Shown here piece by piece: positions 13,321-26,762 of a stretch of DNA of 64,000 nucleotides. Source of the DNA: Octopus sinensis (lineage: Eukaryota); NCBI RefSeq assembly GCF_006345805.1, contig NC_043005.1, positions 15,686,001 through 15,750,000 on the forward strand, read 5' to 3'. The notes beneath the pieces were generated by a model that made no database searches, was not told the DNA's origin, and saw only the letters and a program-made list of their open reading frames with translations. Both the position numbers and the translations under genes were made by a program. Every line of letters starts with the position of its first letter. Position 1 is the stretch's first letter.

Positions 13321-13411
13321 TATTGCATTCTACACGTGTTTCGAAAGGCACAATTTACCAAATTCCGATTGAATAAGGAGACATATTGTGTCTTCTCTCT
13401 TCAGAAAAATA
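13321..13411 (-). ncRNA. type I hammerhead ribozyme (mirror copy)
   Basis: minus strand ttt CTGAAGA gagaag...ctttc GAAA CACGTG TA gaa; stems slightly diverged. Confidence 0.75.
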
Positions 13412-13673
13412 GGAAATCCGTTGGAAAAAACAAAACAGAACAGAGGCGGAGCAAAACAAATCGAACGAGGCTCCTAAGAGCCCATGGCCAAACTGTTTAT
13501 CAATGTATGTTGAAAACGGGTGGTGGGTGCGTTGAAGATTTTAAAATCTTCAACGCACCCACCACCCGTTTTCAACATACATTGATAAACAGTTTGGCCA
13601 TGGGCTCTTAGGAGCCTCGTTCGATTTGTTTTGCTCCGCCTCTGTTCTGTTTTGTTTTTTCCAACGGATTTCC

Positions 13674-13766
13674 TATTTCTTCCTGAAGAGAAAGACACAA
13701 TATGGTCTCCTTATTCAATCGGAATTTGGTAAATTGTGCCTTTCGAAACACGTGTAGAATGCAATA
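13674..13766 (+). ncRNA. type I minimal hammerhead ribozyme
   Basis: TTC/GAA stem I; CTGAAGA 13683-13689; stem II GAAAG/CTTTC extended by CACAAT/ATTGTG; GAAA 13745-13748; palindromic CACGTG; GUA site ending 13756. Confidence 0.85.
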
Positions 13767-13971
13767 AAACGATTTCTGTTCAATCTCGTTCAACTCCATT
13801 TCTTCAATTCACTAATAATATTAAAATTCAATTATCCGCACCAACGCACGGTTGCAACACACCATATGGTTGTACCTCCAACCGTGCTGTCTTCTGCTGT
13901 GATTTTTGCTACCAAGGTATCGGTTAAACTTTTGATTAATCTGCAACAAGATTATTCATCTTTCTATTTCA

Positions 13972-14036
<65 letters not shown>

Positions 14037-14121
14037 CCTAGAGTGCACAATGTTCCTGAAGGTCGGCAATGGTCTTCCTCGGTCACGAGTGGACGGCCAT
14101 CATCATATATATAAATATACA

Positions 14122-14395
14122 TGGGAGACACAATGGCCCAGTGATTACGGCAGCGACTCACTGTCGAAGGATCGCGGCTTCGATTCCTAGACCGGGCGTT
14201 GTGTGTGTTTATTGAGTGAAAACACCTAAAAGCTCCACGAGGCTCCGGCAAGGGGTGGTGGTGACCCCTGTTGTACTCTATCACCACAACTTTCTCTCAC
14301 ACTCTCTTCCTGTTTATTGAGTAACGCTGGGGGGAACACATACGCCAAAGAAACCGGGAAACCGGACCTATGAGCCTGGCTAGGCTTGAAAAGGA
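14122..14395 (+). mobile_element. SINE family C
   Basis: head and AAAGCTCCACGAGGCTCCGG body. Confidence 0.85.
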
Positions 14396-14419
14396 AAGAA
14401 ATATACATGCGTGCGCGCG

Positions 14420-14593
14420 CGTGTGGTAAGAAGTTTGCGTTCTAAATACATGGTTCTGGGTTCACTCCCGCTGCATGGCACCTTGGGCGAGTGTCTTCTA
14501 CGAAAGCCTCGGGCCGACCAAAGCCTCGGGCCGACCAAGCCTCGTGAGTGAATTTGGTTGACGGAAACTGAAAAAGAAACCCGTCGTATATCT

Positions 14594-14625
<32 letters not shown>

Positions 14626-14662
14626 TATATATATATATATAAATATATATATTATATATATA

Positions 14663-14751
<89 letters not shown>

Positions 14752-14756
14752 TATAT

Positions 14757-14787
<31 letters not shown>

Positions 14788-15576
14788 AATATATTATATA
14801 TATATAAATATATATATATTATATATATATATATATATATTATTATTATATATGATATATATATACACGGACAGTTCTCCACTCCAAATTTTTTGACCTC
14901 TCTCTTCACTTTTCTTATTTACTGACCATTTTATTTCTTCAAACCTGTTTTTTTTTTATTTGTTCTTTTTTTTTACTCTTGTCTTCCGGCTTCACCACTC
15001 ATTTCAAATCATATCTTCAGTGAGTTAACTTGGGATTCCTTAATCACAATGTAACCTTCATATAACTAAGGTATCCTTGGCCTGTTGAGTTGGTAGCTGA
15101 GTGTTACATTAGAGGATCAGCTCGCTAGGAAATTTACCCGCTCCATTCCTTTAATCTGGATACATATATACGCGCACGTGCGTGTGTGTCTTTGTTTGCC
15201 TCCTACGATTGTCCCCTCGACAATCGGTGTTGGTGTGTTTATATCACCATAACTTAGTGATAGATTAAGTACCAGGCTGAAAAAAGTACTGGGGTTGATT
15301 CATTCATCTAAAATTTCCTCAAGGCAGTGCTCCAGCATGACCACAGTCTCTTTTACTCTTTCACTTGTTTCAGTCATTTGACTGCGTCCATGCTGGAACA
15401 ACGCCTTTAATCGAGCAAATCGACCGCAAGACTTATTCTTTGGAAGCCTAGTACTTATTTTATCAAATTCTTTTGCCGAACCGCTAAGTTACGGGGGCGT
15501 AAACACATCAGCATCGGTTGTCAAGCGATATTCGGGTGACAACATAGACACACAAACATATACACGCACTTGCATA

Positions 15577-15645
<69 letters not shown>

Positions 15646-16590
15646 ACGGGAAGCTTTATGAAAATAAACAAAAGACGAAGGCAGGTGGAAAACAAACGAA
15701 CAATTGTATTAGTATGGCGCTCAGGAAATATAAATAAAACAAGTCTTTAACGTTTCGAGCCTACGCTCTTCAACAGAAAGATACACAGAGAGAGAAAAAC
15801 ACAGAAAGAAGGAGAGAAAAAAAAAATGCGTGCAGTAGCTAACGAATCAACATGGCGATCTGATTTCGGCCAGAGGTCAAAGATCAAACATGAGACGCGA
15901 GAGCGAAATAAGGGGAGATAATAGGGTTGAGGGACCAGCTAAAAGTGCGTGGGAGGGGTCTGGATGTGTATGTATAGGGTTGGTGTATGTATTAGTATGT
16001 ATAAGGGTGTGTGTGTGTGTGTGTGTGTATGAGAGAGTATTAGTGCGTGGGATTGGTCTGGACGTGCGTATGTATTGGGTTGGTGTATGTATTAGTATGT
16101 ATTAGTATGTATTAGTACGTATTGGTATGTATAGGTGTGTGTGTGTGTGTTGAGAGAGTATAAGTGCGTATGCGGGGTCTGGAGTGTGTATGATAGGGTT
16201 GGTGTAAGTATTAGTATGTACTAGTATTATTAGTACGTATTAGTATGTATTAGTTGGTGTGTGTATTAGTATGGCACATCATATGTGATGTGATTTGTAA
16301 AGTCATGTGGTGTAGTGAGGAGAAGAGGGGGAGGGGAAGAGAGGGGAGGGGAGAAGAGGGGGGAGAAGGGAGGGGAAGAAGGGGGGAGGGGAGGGTGAAG
16401 AGGAGAGGATGGGGAGAAGGAAGGGGAGAGAGGGATGAAGGAGGAAAGAGGGAGAGGGGAGAGAGAAGGGGAGAGAGGGAGTACGTATATACGACGGGTT
16501 TCTTTCAGTTTCCGTCTACCAAACCCACTCACAAGGCTTTGGTCAGCCCGAGGCTACAGTAGAAGACACTTGCCCAAGGTACCACGCAGT
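14420..16590. mobile_element. two SINE B copies tail to tail, each split by expanded (TA)n and nested inserts
   Basis: plus copy about 14420-15345, minus copy about 15350-16590; halves separated by TA tracts and foreign sequence. Confidence 0.75.
15744..15781 (-). ncRNA. variant minimal hammerhead (CUGUUGA core)
   Basis: minus strand tcttt CTGTTGA a GAGC gtag GCTC GAAA CG TT aaaga; host element ends at (TA)n near 15645. Confidence 0.6.
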
Positions 16591-17019
16591 GTGAAACAAA
16601 TAAAAAAATAGAAATTAAAAAGATTTTTATGAAATTATAAATACCATACGCACTCGCTCGCACACACACAAACATACACACACAAACACACACACACACA
16701 AACATACACACACAAACACACACACACTCAACGAGCAGCCAGTTTCGATTCTTTTAATGATGTCGGTTCTTTTTTCTTTTCTAGTAAGTACAGATTTTAA
16801 TTTTTAACTGTGGAGATAAATAAAGTTTAGAAATACCCATCACCAGTTATTGACCTCAAACGTTCATTAACCTGGTCTCTGTAAACTTTCTGTGTCAGGA
16901 TCGACGCGCTTTGCTTTCGGTATTCGTGCTCATAGATATAAATCCTGTTAAGATTGATGTGCACATAACCATCTTATAATCTGTGTGTGCAGCCGCCAGA
17001 AAATGTGGATACCCAATGC

Positions 17020-17443
17020 GGATCTTTTCGGTTTGAACGGCAGTTTTTTCTAGCAGTGTCATATGAAATTGTCACCCATAATCATGACCCTAGTATCGAT
17101 CTATTGCATTTCAATCTATTTTAGGGTTAGGGTTAGGGTTAGGGGTGGGACGAAGGGTATCTTTTTTTCGTCACTAATGTAAATAAACCCAATCTGTTTC
17201 TTAAACGAGGGACATATTCATATGGCACAGAATGTTTTCACCTCAATAGACGGTCATTGATTGGTTGAAATTGCCGAAATGCAAGAAATTAAAGACCAAA
17301 TATCTTACAAACTATAGAATTTTCTGAATAAAGCCAAGAGAAAAAGATGTTTTATGTGACACATTCTACCAGTATACGAAGTTTAAAAGTGTTTAGTTAC
17401 CTAGAAATTATGTTAAAAACTGCCATTCAAACCGAAAAGACCC
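17020..17443 (+). mobile_element. MITE (same family as 5346)
   Basis: TIRs; TSD CCCAATGC; (TTAGGG)4 inside. Confidence 0.92.
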
Positions 17444-17694
17444 CCCAATGCTAACTCAATCAGCTGAGTTAAATTCATAAAATCTAGATGCCGTAATATG
17501 TTCTGTCTAATGCATTGGTATTCAAGAAATCGAGTCTGTACCTGCCAGGCAGTTAGAAATATCTGCTCTAATTTTCGATGCTTTTGCACACCCCAATTCT
17601 ATGGGCCGCTTCCACATAATTCTAGCATGTGTGTAAGGAATTATCCCACGAGGCCACTAACACTAATGAACGACGTGTGCTGCTGTTGCTGTAT

Positions 17695-17734
<40 letters not shown>

Positions 17735-18253
17735 GCTACTGCTGCTGCTACTGTTGTCGCTGTTGCTGCTGTTGCCGTCTGCCCGACTTAATGCGTCTGT
17801 TTTGATCATTTTCTTCAGATGGTAAACATAATTAATTTCCATAGACATCTGGATGTCAAATGGAAGTGAAGAAGGTATGTAGTCACACACACACACAACA
17901 CACACACACACACACACATACATAGAGACATACAGACACACAGACACACAGACACACACACACACACTCACGAGTGTAAATCGTTCATATGAATGTCATA
18001 CGTTGTATCCACACATACATTGGAACATGCACATGCTGACATAGAATCAGTACGTGTGCTCTCGCGTGTGTATATGTATGTGTATATATATGCAAAAACA
18101 CACAGGTGCATAGAATATATACACACGCACACATACCGACTGGCATTAAAAAACATCTGTGAACTGGCACTGAGAAAGACGCGTTTTCTGTGTGAGTGTA
18201 TATTTGTGTGCATACGTATATATATACCCACATACACACAAACACACACACGC

Positions 18254-18289
<36 letters not shown>

Positions 18290-18683
18290 AAACACATATT
18301 CATAATTACATATGTGTAAACATATGTAGACACCCATACCACGCCTCCAAAGACATTTTTCTCATTACGTGCGTTATTTTAATTGATTATAAATTCTTTT
18401 TAACTCTTTAGATTATGTCAACACGAACTTAACTATGTGTGCTGAATGCAGAAATCACTCCTGGGAAATTTTCCAGCACTATCATTTCCAATTGCCTAAT
18501 CAGTAAAGTCATTGTATGTTTTATTAAGTCCAAATCAGGTTACACTTCGCTAACGAGCTCTAATAACACCGAAACATGTCTGACGTTGCCTACCTACCTG
18601 CTTATGATCAGACTCACTCCCCTCCTGAACGTGTCCGGTGAAATGGCAGAATCGTTAGAGCGTCGGATAGAATGTCTGAAAGT

Positions 18684-18728
<45 letters not shown>

Positions 18729-18857
18729 GTGTGTGTGTGTGTGTGTTTGTGTGTGCGTGTGTGATATTTGGGGGGTATTGATGAACAAAGAAAACTGACG
18801 ATATTGATGACGATGATGACAACAATACTGGCGATGATGATAATACTGATGGCGATT

Positions 18858-20890
18858 GTGATGACGAGAACGACAATGAACATGACGATCATGACGATCA
18901 CGATAATAGTAATAAGGATGAAGATGACAATGATGGTGATGATGATGAGGACAAATACGACGGAAACAACTGTAATGACAACAATGGCAGTGGCGGAAGC
19001 GACGACGATGACCGTAATATTGTTCTCTGAGTTCAAATCCATCCAAGGTCAACGTGTGTATCTAACTGAATAAAAATAAACGCTAATTGAAGAAGTAGAA
19101 TACACACAGCTAAATTTTAGACCCACTTGAAATACATAGGCCAAAATAAGTTTAAGATAAAACTTATGATGACAGTTCTATTCCTTCATTAATATATTTT
19201 TAACAAAGCTGTATAAAATTATTTGGATCTTTTCGGTTTGAACGTCAGTTTTTAACATAATTTCTAGGTAACTAAAAAATTTTAAACTTCGTATGTGTTT
19301 ATAAAACATCTTTTTCTCTTGGCTTTATTGAGAAAATTCTATAGTTTGTAAGATATTTGTTTTTTTCTTCAATTTCTGCAATTTCAACCAATCAGTGACG
19401 TCTATTGAGTTAAAAAGCATTATGTGCCGTATGAATATGTCCCTCGTTTAAGAAACAGATTGAGTTTATTTACATTTGTGAAGAAAAAATATACCCTTCC
19501 CCCACCCCTAACCCTAACGCTAAAAGAGATTGAAATGCAATAGATCGATACTAGGGTCATAATTATGGGTGACAATTTCATATGACACCGCTAGAAAAAA
19601 CTGCCGTTCAAACCGAAAAGATCCAATTATTTTACTTTTTACAATATATGTAGAATTTTTTTCTCTTTCGAATTATATAGGCGTTATATATCTTTCTACA
19701 GTCCGAATAATTTTAATGCGCAATTAAATCAAATGATTAGAAATTGTCGGTAAAATAAGTTTAAGACCGTTCCAAGATTGTGCAAATTAATGAACCAAAT
19801 GGGTGGTCATATGGGTGGTCGTACTGCACTGTTTTGTTTAATAATCGAGCATTGTTACACATCAGTTCGCTATGGGAAAGCGTCGTAGTATCAGCCCAGT
19901 TACTAGATCAAACATCATGTTGCTTTATCTGCAAAATGTGTCCTTCATGAACATTAGCAAGCAATTAGGGTTTGAGTTCAAGCATGGAAGTTTTACCAAG
20001 CCACTGGCCAATAGAAAGATCGGCAAAGAATGGGCGCTCCGAGAAAACAGTACAGATGGGTCGACAAATTCATAGGCTCTCTGAATGTAACCGAATGCTA
20101 ACAGTAGTATATATGCAACAAAATATCCCTCAACTAGAAACCCTCAAACTACTGTTACTCGCAGAATCTCAATAAAGAACAATCACGCAATATCAATGTA
20201 AGGTATATTATATACAAAACCACCATATAACAAAAACTCCTAAATAATTTTAACCTTCCGAAAACTAGAATTTCAAAGAAAGACTACTTAGAACCACGAC
20301 AACACAAGATACAAAAGGTTCACAGTCAACAAGTACATCAAATATATACATCTATCATCAGCTGCGTAACGGGTATCATTATAGTTTCGACACCTGGGCA
20401 GTACTACTCAATTCATCAGTGTCAACACCGTTAAAGACATAAACGCTGCCTGAAAGTTAACAAACAAGAAACAGGAGCGAAATATTAGTGCAATTATGTC
20501 CTTTACGTTTACACAAACTTATAGCTACAAATACAAATGTCAAATCTGAAGCATAAATCGTTACATGCTTATAGCTAAGAAGCGTAGAAATTAAAAATAA
20601 ATATATACATGTATGCGCTTATAATGAACTGAAAGGAGGGCTCAATATCAAAAATGTTAATAATAAGTCTTCCATGTAAATTACATTAAAGAAAGTGATG
20701 ACGAGAACGACAATGAACATGACGATCATGACGATCACGATAATAGTAATAAGGATGAAGATGTCAATGATGGTGATGATGATGAGGACAAATACGACGG
20801 AAACAACTGTAATGACAACAATGGCAGTGGCGGAAGCGACGATGATGACCGTAATATTGCTCTCTGAGTTCAAATCCATCCAAGGTCAAC
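18858..20890 (+). repeat. 196-bp direct repeat (18858-19053 and 20695-20890)
   Basis: 3 mismatches by eye; brackets about 1.64 kb. Confidence 0.9.
19225..19624 (-). mobile_element. MITE (same family as 5346)
   Basis: TIRs; TSD AATTATTT. Confidence 0.92.
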
Positions 20891-22521
20891 TTTGCATTTC
20901 ATCTGGGACACTGAAAAAAAGTACCAATCTAGTATTGGACTGGTCAAAGTGTAAGAATATCGAATGCCTTGCGGTATTTGTTCTGGATTTTAGCATTCTG
21001 AGTTCAAATCCCGCTATGACTACATGAATGATAGCCTTAATGTGTCGCTCGGCTTAATAGCTCCACCTGACATCTTGGAGGCCTTTAGCAGAGTTCACTC
21101 TGTCGCGAGCATTCGAATCTGCAGACCTTCAGTTTGCTGCTACCCTCTGTCCTCTCTTCTACCAATTTTGGGGGGCCTTGTAAAGAGTCATGGGTTTTGT
21201 TTTCTCTCCTAACTAAAAGATAGGAGAGAGAGGATCTAAGCTTCGCTGTTGAGAATTTGATAATGGTTTCAAATTTTGACTGTAGGCCAGCAAATGTTAG
21301 GGAAGAGGTAAGTCAGTTACATCGATCCCAGTGTTCAACTGGTACTTATTTTATTAACCCGGATAGGATGAAAGGCAAAGTTGACCACGGTGGAATGTGA
21401 ACTCGGGGCGTCAAGGCAGACGAAATGTTACTAAGCATTTTGTCCGTCGTGCTAACGATTCTATCAGCTCACCATCTTTATTGATAATTTTTATAATACG
21501 ACTGAAACACGCCCAGACTTGTTACTGTCCTGCTAAATATCAGACTCACTCCCCACTACATTCCATAGTCAATCTTAATGAATTAATTTGGTTTGTTGTC
21601 TTTCTCGACCATAATTACTCATTTAGATAATGATTCTTCTCAACATCAAAGGTGTTATTTCAATTAATTATAATTGATTGGCCCATTACATCCATATCTA
21701 CTAGGGCCTACTTTACTATTAAGCTTTCATGCAACAGACGTCCCTATGTGTTTATTTTACTATTTCTCCGTCTCTCTCTCTCTCTCTCTGTCTGTCTGTC
21801 ACCCACCTCTCTCATACATTCACATAAACAATGAGAGAGAAGGAAGTGATCCCAAAGCTCCTTTAGCAACACCATGAACTGGCTAACAACCGAATTGAAT
21901 TGAACTCCTTAGCATACGTCCCGTACCCTTCATCTTCATCCCTCCCTTACATCTCCCACCTTCTCACTACACGCGTCATACACCTCCACCTCTCACTGCA
22001 CTCATTATCCACCTCGATCCCATTAATTGCGATGACTTAAGGATTCCAGGATAGTTGTTCTACTGCTACGTTATTCATTACAGCCAGTCGCACCAGACCA
22101 CACAGGGCAACTGGATTAGGTAGACTCTGGCTGTTAAACTAGACTACCATTATATTGCGTCGCTTTTAGAGCAATATATTTTCTTTCATTTTTGGGTTTT
22201 TTATCTTTCGTTTGTTTCAGTTGTTGGCCTGCAGCTATTTTAGGGTCCAGCTTTCAAAGCTTTAGTCGAACAATTCAACCCGGGACTTATTTTTAGAGTC
22301 TGATACTAATTCTATCGATCCCTTTTTGGCGAATCAGTAGCTTATGGGAGCATGAACAAACCAAACACACACATTATATATATATATATATATTATATTA
22401 AATTAGAGATAAAACCACTATTAGGCAAATCATACAATGAAAAACTTAAGCCAATACATAAGATTAATTAATTTATATTATTTAAATATATAACAAAATT
22501 ATTAAAAAATATAATTAATAT

Positions 22522-22590
22522 AACACTACGATCGTTTCATGGCTGTTAATTTCTTAAATTTTTCGAGTTACAGTCATTCATCAGGTGGTT
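22522..22590 (-). ncRNA. type I minimal hammerhead ribozyme in a ~220-bp (TA)n-flanked element (about 22400-22620)
   Basis: minus strand aaccac CTGATGA atgactgt...acagccat GAAA CGATCG TA gtgtt; predicted cut between 22527 and 22526. Confidence 0.85.
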
Positions 22591-22617
22591 TAAATATTTA
22601 ACTTGGCGAGGTTTAAT

Positions 22618-22670
<53 letters not shown>

Positions 22671-22677
<7 letters not shown>

Positions 22678-22953
22678 CAAAATGGGGCAAGAACGCAAAA
22701 TATCCGGACAACTAGGTGATACAAAAAGGGACAACAAAACATCCAGATAGACGATACAAAAAAAAACAAGGACGGGTAATTCGAAGCTTTCTATCCTCAG
22801 TCAAGAACCAGATCATCTTCGCAATTTCGGCGAGGATAGAAAGCTTCGAATGACCCGTCCTTGTTTTTTTGTATCGTCTATCTTGATGTTTTGTTGTCCC
22901 TTTTTGTATCACATAGTTGTCCGGATGTTTTGCGTTCTTGTCCCATTTTGTAT

Positions 22954-22957
<4 letters not shown>
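22671..22957. mobile_element. (TA)n-flanked fold-back element
   Basis: arms 22671-22798 and 22832-22957, 33-nt loop, same terminus on both sides abutting (TA)n. Confidence 0.85.
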
Positions 22958-22987
<30 letters not shown>

Positions 22988-23035
22988 ATATATATTATAT
23001 ATATATCGGCTTACGTACACTTTGTTCTATATATA

Positions 23036-23070
<35 letters not shown>

Positions 23071-23272
23071 CGAAGGAGTGCTGAAAAATTCTTGGCTTAA
23101 GGGTATCGCGAAAAGGTCTGGTTGAAGGCCCAACCTTCTGTATTCTTTTACAGGGCTTACAAAAACAGAAGGACCGCTGCAATAAGTGTGTGAATCTGAG
23201 AATAAAATCACAATTAACTGATCCTCCTGTATTTTCTTTTACCCAAAGTCATAAATTTTTCAGTACGCCCTC

Positions 23273-23273
<1 letters not shown>
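23071..23273. mobile_element. mariner-type MITE in (TA)n
   Basis: imperfect TIR CGAAGGAGTGCTGAAAAATT / AATTTTTCAGTACGCCCTCG flanked by TA. Confidence 0.7.
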
Positions 23274-23306
<33 letters not shown>

Positions 23307-26300
23307 CAAATTTCCGCATAGTTTCCGTCTGCAAATGCGTTACTGCTCAGCGGGACTGAACTCAAAACCACTTGGTTGGAAAGCGAGCTTCTTAATCACT
23401 GAACCACCAAAAGATACCCAAGAAAGTAGCAAAGTTAATATTAAAACTATGTAAAATAAATATTGTTGAAAAGCAAAAGTGAGAGTAATTAGGCTAATGA
23501 ACTATTGGGCACACGGTTATTTGACCATGGGTTCGATCGTGGGATGGGTCTTGGCAAATGAAAATTAGTACCAGTCCAGTGCTAGAGCCACTGTGTCTCT
23601 TTCCAAATGTCTCATTCTTGATGTTTTACTCGGTGAAGGTGCGTTGAGGACCCAAAGGGTACCTGTATCTGCTTGTGACTTCATAAGTACTTAATTTACG
23701 AAAACACAGTGTTTGCCACCAAATCAAACTCGCTCGCAAGTGGCAGCTATGGTTCAAAAAATATTCTTTTATCTTTTTTTTTTCAGTTATTGGACTATGG
23801 TCATGCTGGAGCACCGCTTCTAAAGGTTTAGTCAAACAAATCAAGCTCCAGTATTTATTTTCTAAGTCTGGCACTTATACCTATATCGGCGCCTTTTGTC
23901 GAATTGCTAAGATACGTGGACATAAATGAACCAGCACAGGTTGTCAAGTGGTGAGAGAGGACAAACACACACACACACATACGTCGGACTTCTGCATAAT
24001 TTCCATGTACCAAATTCATTCAGAAGACACTTGCCCAAGGTACGGCGCAGTGGAACCGAACCCGATACCACGTTATTTCAAAGCGAGCTTTTTAACCGCA
24101 CAGCTATGCCTGCGCCATTAAGAAATTATCCTCTAAGTGCTAAATAGTAGTTCTGAATGACCCTGCACCCATGCACATTCGTACACGTGCGGACATAGAG
24201 ACCGACCCAGACACTTACAATGTGCGCACTCTTATATACACATACACACACACAAACATATACCAACTGATACGAACACACAGTGACTGACATGCATATA
24301 AATACAGAGATCAAGATATACCCCCCCCCCAACATACACATACTCTCTCATTCCTATAAAAAAGCAGTAGATAAACAATTGAGGATTTCGTTAATTAGAT
24401 GACTTGTACTCAACAACCCCCAGCAACTCCCATCCTGTCTATTCTAAGTATCTGTATATCTACATATCTGTTTGGTTCTGTCCCTCTCTCTTATCTCTGT
24501 ACTTTCGTTTGCCTATGTTTTGGCGTCGAGCCAACAAGGGAGTATCTACGTTGTCAATGAATCTCCCAGAAATAGCAGCCAAATCTTTCTCATATTATAC
24601 CACACTATTTTAGAAAGGTGAAAGGACTCAGGAAAGTTTGTTGCCCGAGATACTTCTAAAAAGACTGGAAGTTCATGACGTAGCAAAGTGTCGACAGTTG
24701 GTCATCAGAAATAGCAGGTCACAGTTTAGTTTGGAACTCTAATCATCTAAGTTCAAATCCTACTGGATACGACTTTGCCTTTAGCTCTCCTGTGTCGATA
24801 TAAATAGATTATTGCTATATGCTTATTCTATTACCTCATAAAGCAGTAGTTTCGTGTCAACGACCGATAGCTTCCATTTCCTATTGGATGACGAGTTTGC
24901 AGAATTGTTAAAGCGTTGGATGACGTACTGTGTAATCTCTCCTCCAGCTCTGACTTGAAATATTGTTAAGGTTAACTCTGTTTTTCAGTCTTTTGATGTG
25001 AATAAGTACCAGTCTGGGGCAGTAGAATTGGAGAATTGTCAGGGCGTCGAATGCGATAGCATATGATATTTTTTTTAGCTCTCTACATTATGTGTTCAAA
25101 TCTCGCCGTGGCCCACTTGGGCGGTAGACATAATCCGGTTTAACACCACTACCTGGTACCTTGGATATTGTTAGTGTATACCACTTTAATGAAAGCATTC
25201 AAATTCGCCCTTCTCTAAGCAAGACAAAAAATAATAGTTAAGTACATAACTTTCTACATTTTAGAAATACGTCAGTGAAAGGTGGAAAGGCAGCGACACA
25301 AAGGCGGCGAGCTGGTTGAATCGTTGGCACGATAGGCAAAATGCTTAGCGGTATTTCGTCCGTCTTTACGTTCGGATTTTAGGACTTTCATCTTTTCGTG
25401 GTCGATAAAATAAGTATCAGTTGAGCACTGGGGTCGATGTAATCGACTTATACCTCCCCGCAAATTTCTAGCCTTGTGCCAAAATTTGAAACCAATATTT
25501 TTGCCGCACATAGATATAAAATGGAGGTGAGTGGAACGTCATTCTGACATGCGTAGGTAAGTGGTACTGGAGATGTGTTGTGACTTACGTAGTTAGGTGA
25601 TATTGAAAGAGTGTTGTGATGTTCACAGATTGGCAGTGTGAAATATACCTATCAATTCCTGTGGCTTGTTGCAGGTGGATTTATTTATTTAGCTGCATAT
25701 TGTAGTTTTCATCGATAACAATAAGTAGTTTAAACTGTTTATGGCGTATAGTTTTGTAGCTTCTAAATTCAAAACCTGTTAAAGATAAGCTTCACCTTTT
25801 ACTCATTCAGGACGGATTCCTACCATTCATTTGCCCCTCCCCGGGGAAAATGAATGGGAGGAATTCATCTAAAAGATATCAGAAGTAGTAGAAAACCGCA
25901 CTGATTGCTTCTCGTTGTAGTATTTAAATCAGGTCTTCTGAGTTTAGAGTCTACTTCGGTGTTTTGTTTGCGGAGTCAATTTAACTGTTCCCCGTCTTGG
26001 GAAAAGATAAAATAAGTACCAGTAATATACTGTATTCGGTCCACCATGCTGTACACCATCCTCTTCCTAGTTCGAAATATTTTTTTATAGTAGCAGATGT
26101 TTTAATATTTAAATTAAATATCAATTAAATAAAGAATGTCCACATTAATATTGTTTATAAATTCTCTGAAGCTAAAACTGAAAAATAGAGATACATGATA
26201 TTTTCTAATCTCTTTTAAAAATAAAACCGATTAAATAGCTAATTAGTTGTTACACTAGTCTACAAATTAATGAGAAAAATGTGTTAAATTCTATTTCCAA

Positions 26301-26436
26301 AACTGCTTTTCCATTTTGAGATATGTTTTAAAAAGCTGTTATGTGGAATGAATATAAGATTAGTTTTTGGTTTCGATGGAAAATTTGGAAAACAAAATGC
26401 CGTTAGCAGAAGACTACAAATATTAGGGTACAGTCA

Positions 26437-26696
26437 ATTGAAACGGCTCCTTAAAAAGGAATAACATGATTGATAATATGATTCTACTAATACTATACTT
26501 AAAATATGTGAAGGACGCATTTTCTCATAAGTCCGTAGATAAAGATAATTTGCTTAACGACCTCGATTGAAACGACTCCTTAAAAAGGAATAACATATTT
26601 AATAATCAAATTCTATATACACTATATTTAAAATATGATGTGATGGACGCATTTTATCATAAATCCGTCGATAAAGGTAATTTGCTTAATGACCTC
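26437..26696 (+). repeat. tandem duplication, about 130 bp x2
   Basis: ATTGAAACG.CTCCTTAAAAAGGAATAACAT...GCTTAA.GACCTC twice. Confidence 0.85.
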
Positions 26697-26762
26697 AGGT
26701 CATTAGACCTCCGAAATCTACAAGTTTTTTTTTATTCTCTCTCTGTTTATTTTCTCTTATTC

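Larger units (their letters stand above)
13272..13976. mobile_element. (TA)n-flanked element with spacer-less 543-bp palindrome and two hammerheads
   Basis: arms 13272-13542 and 13543-13814, centre TTTT|AAAA, tail to 13976, (TA)n both sides. Confidence 0.85.

Noticed and set aside
15080-15140. CTGTTGA...GAAA with an internal stem
   Set aside because: Stem I and stem III do not pair.
22780-22806. Minus-strand CTGAGGA-TA-GAAAGCTT
   Set aside because: No room for stem II, and stem I is out of register.
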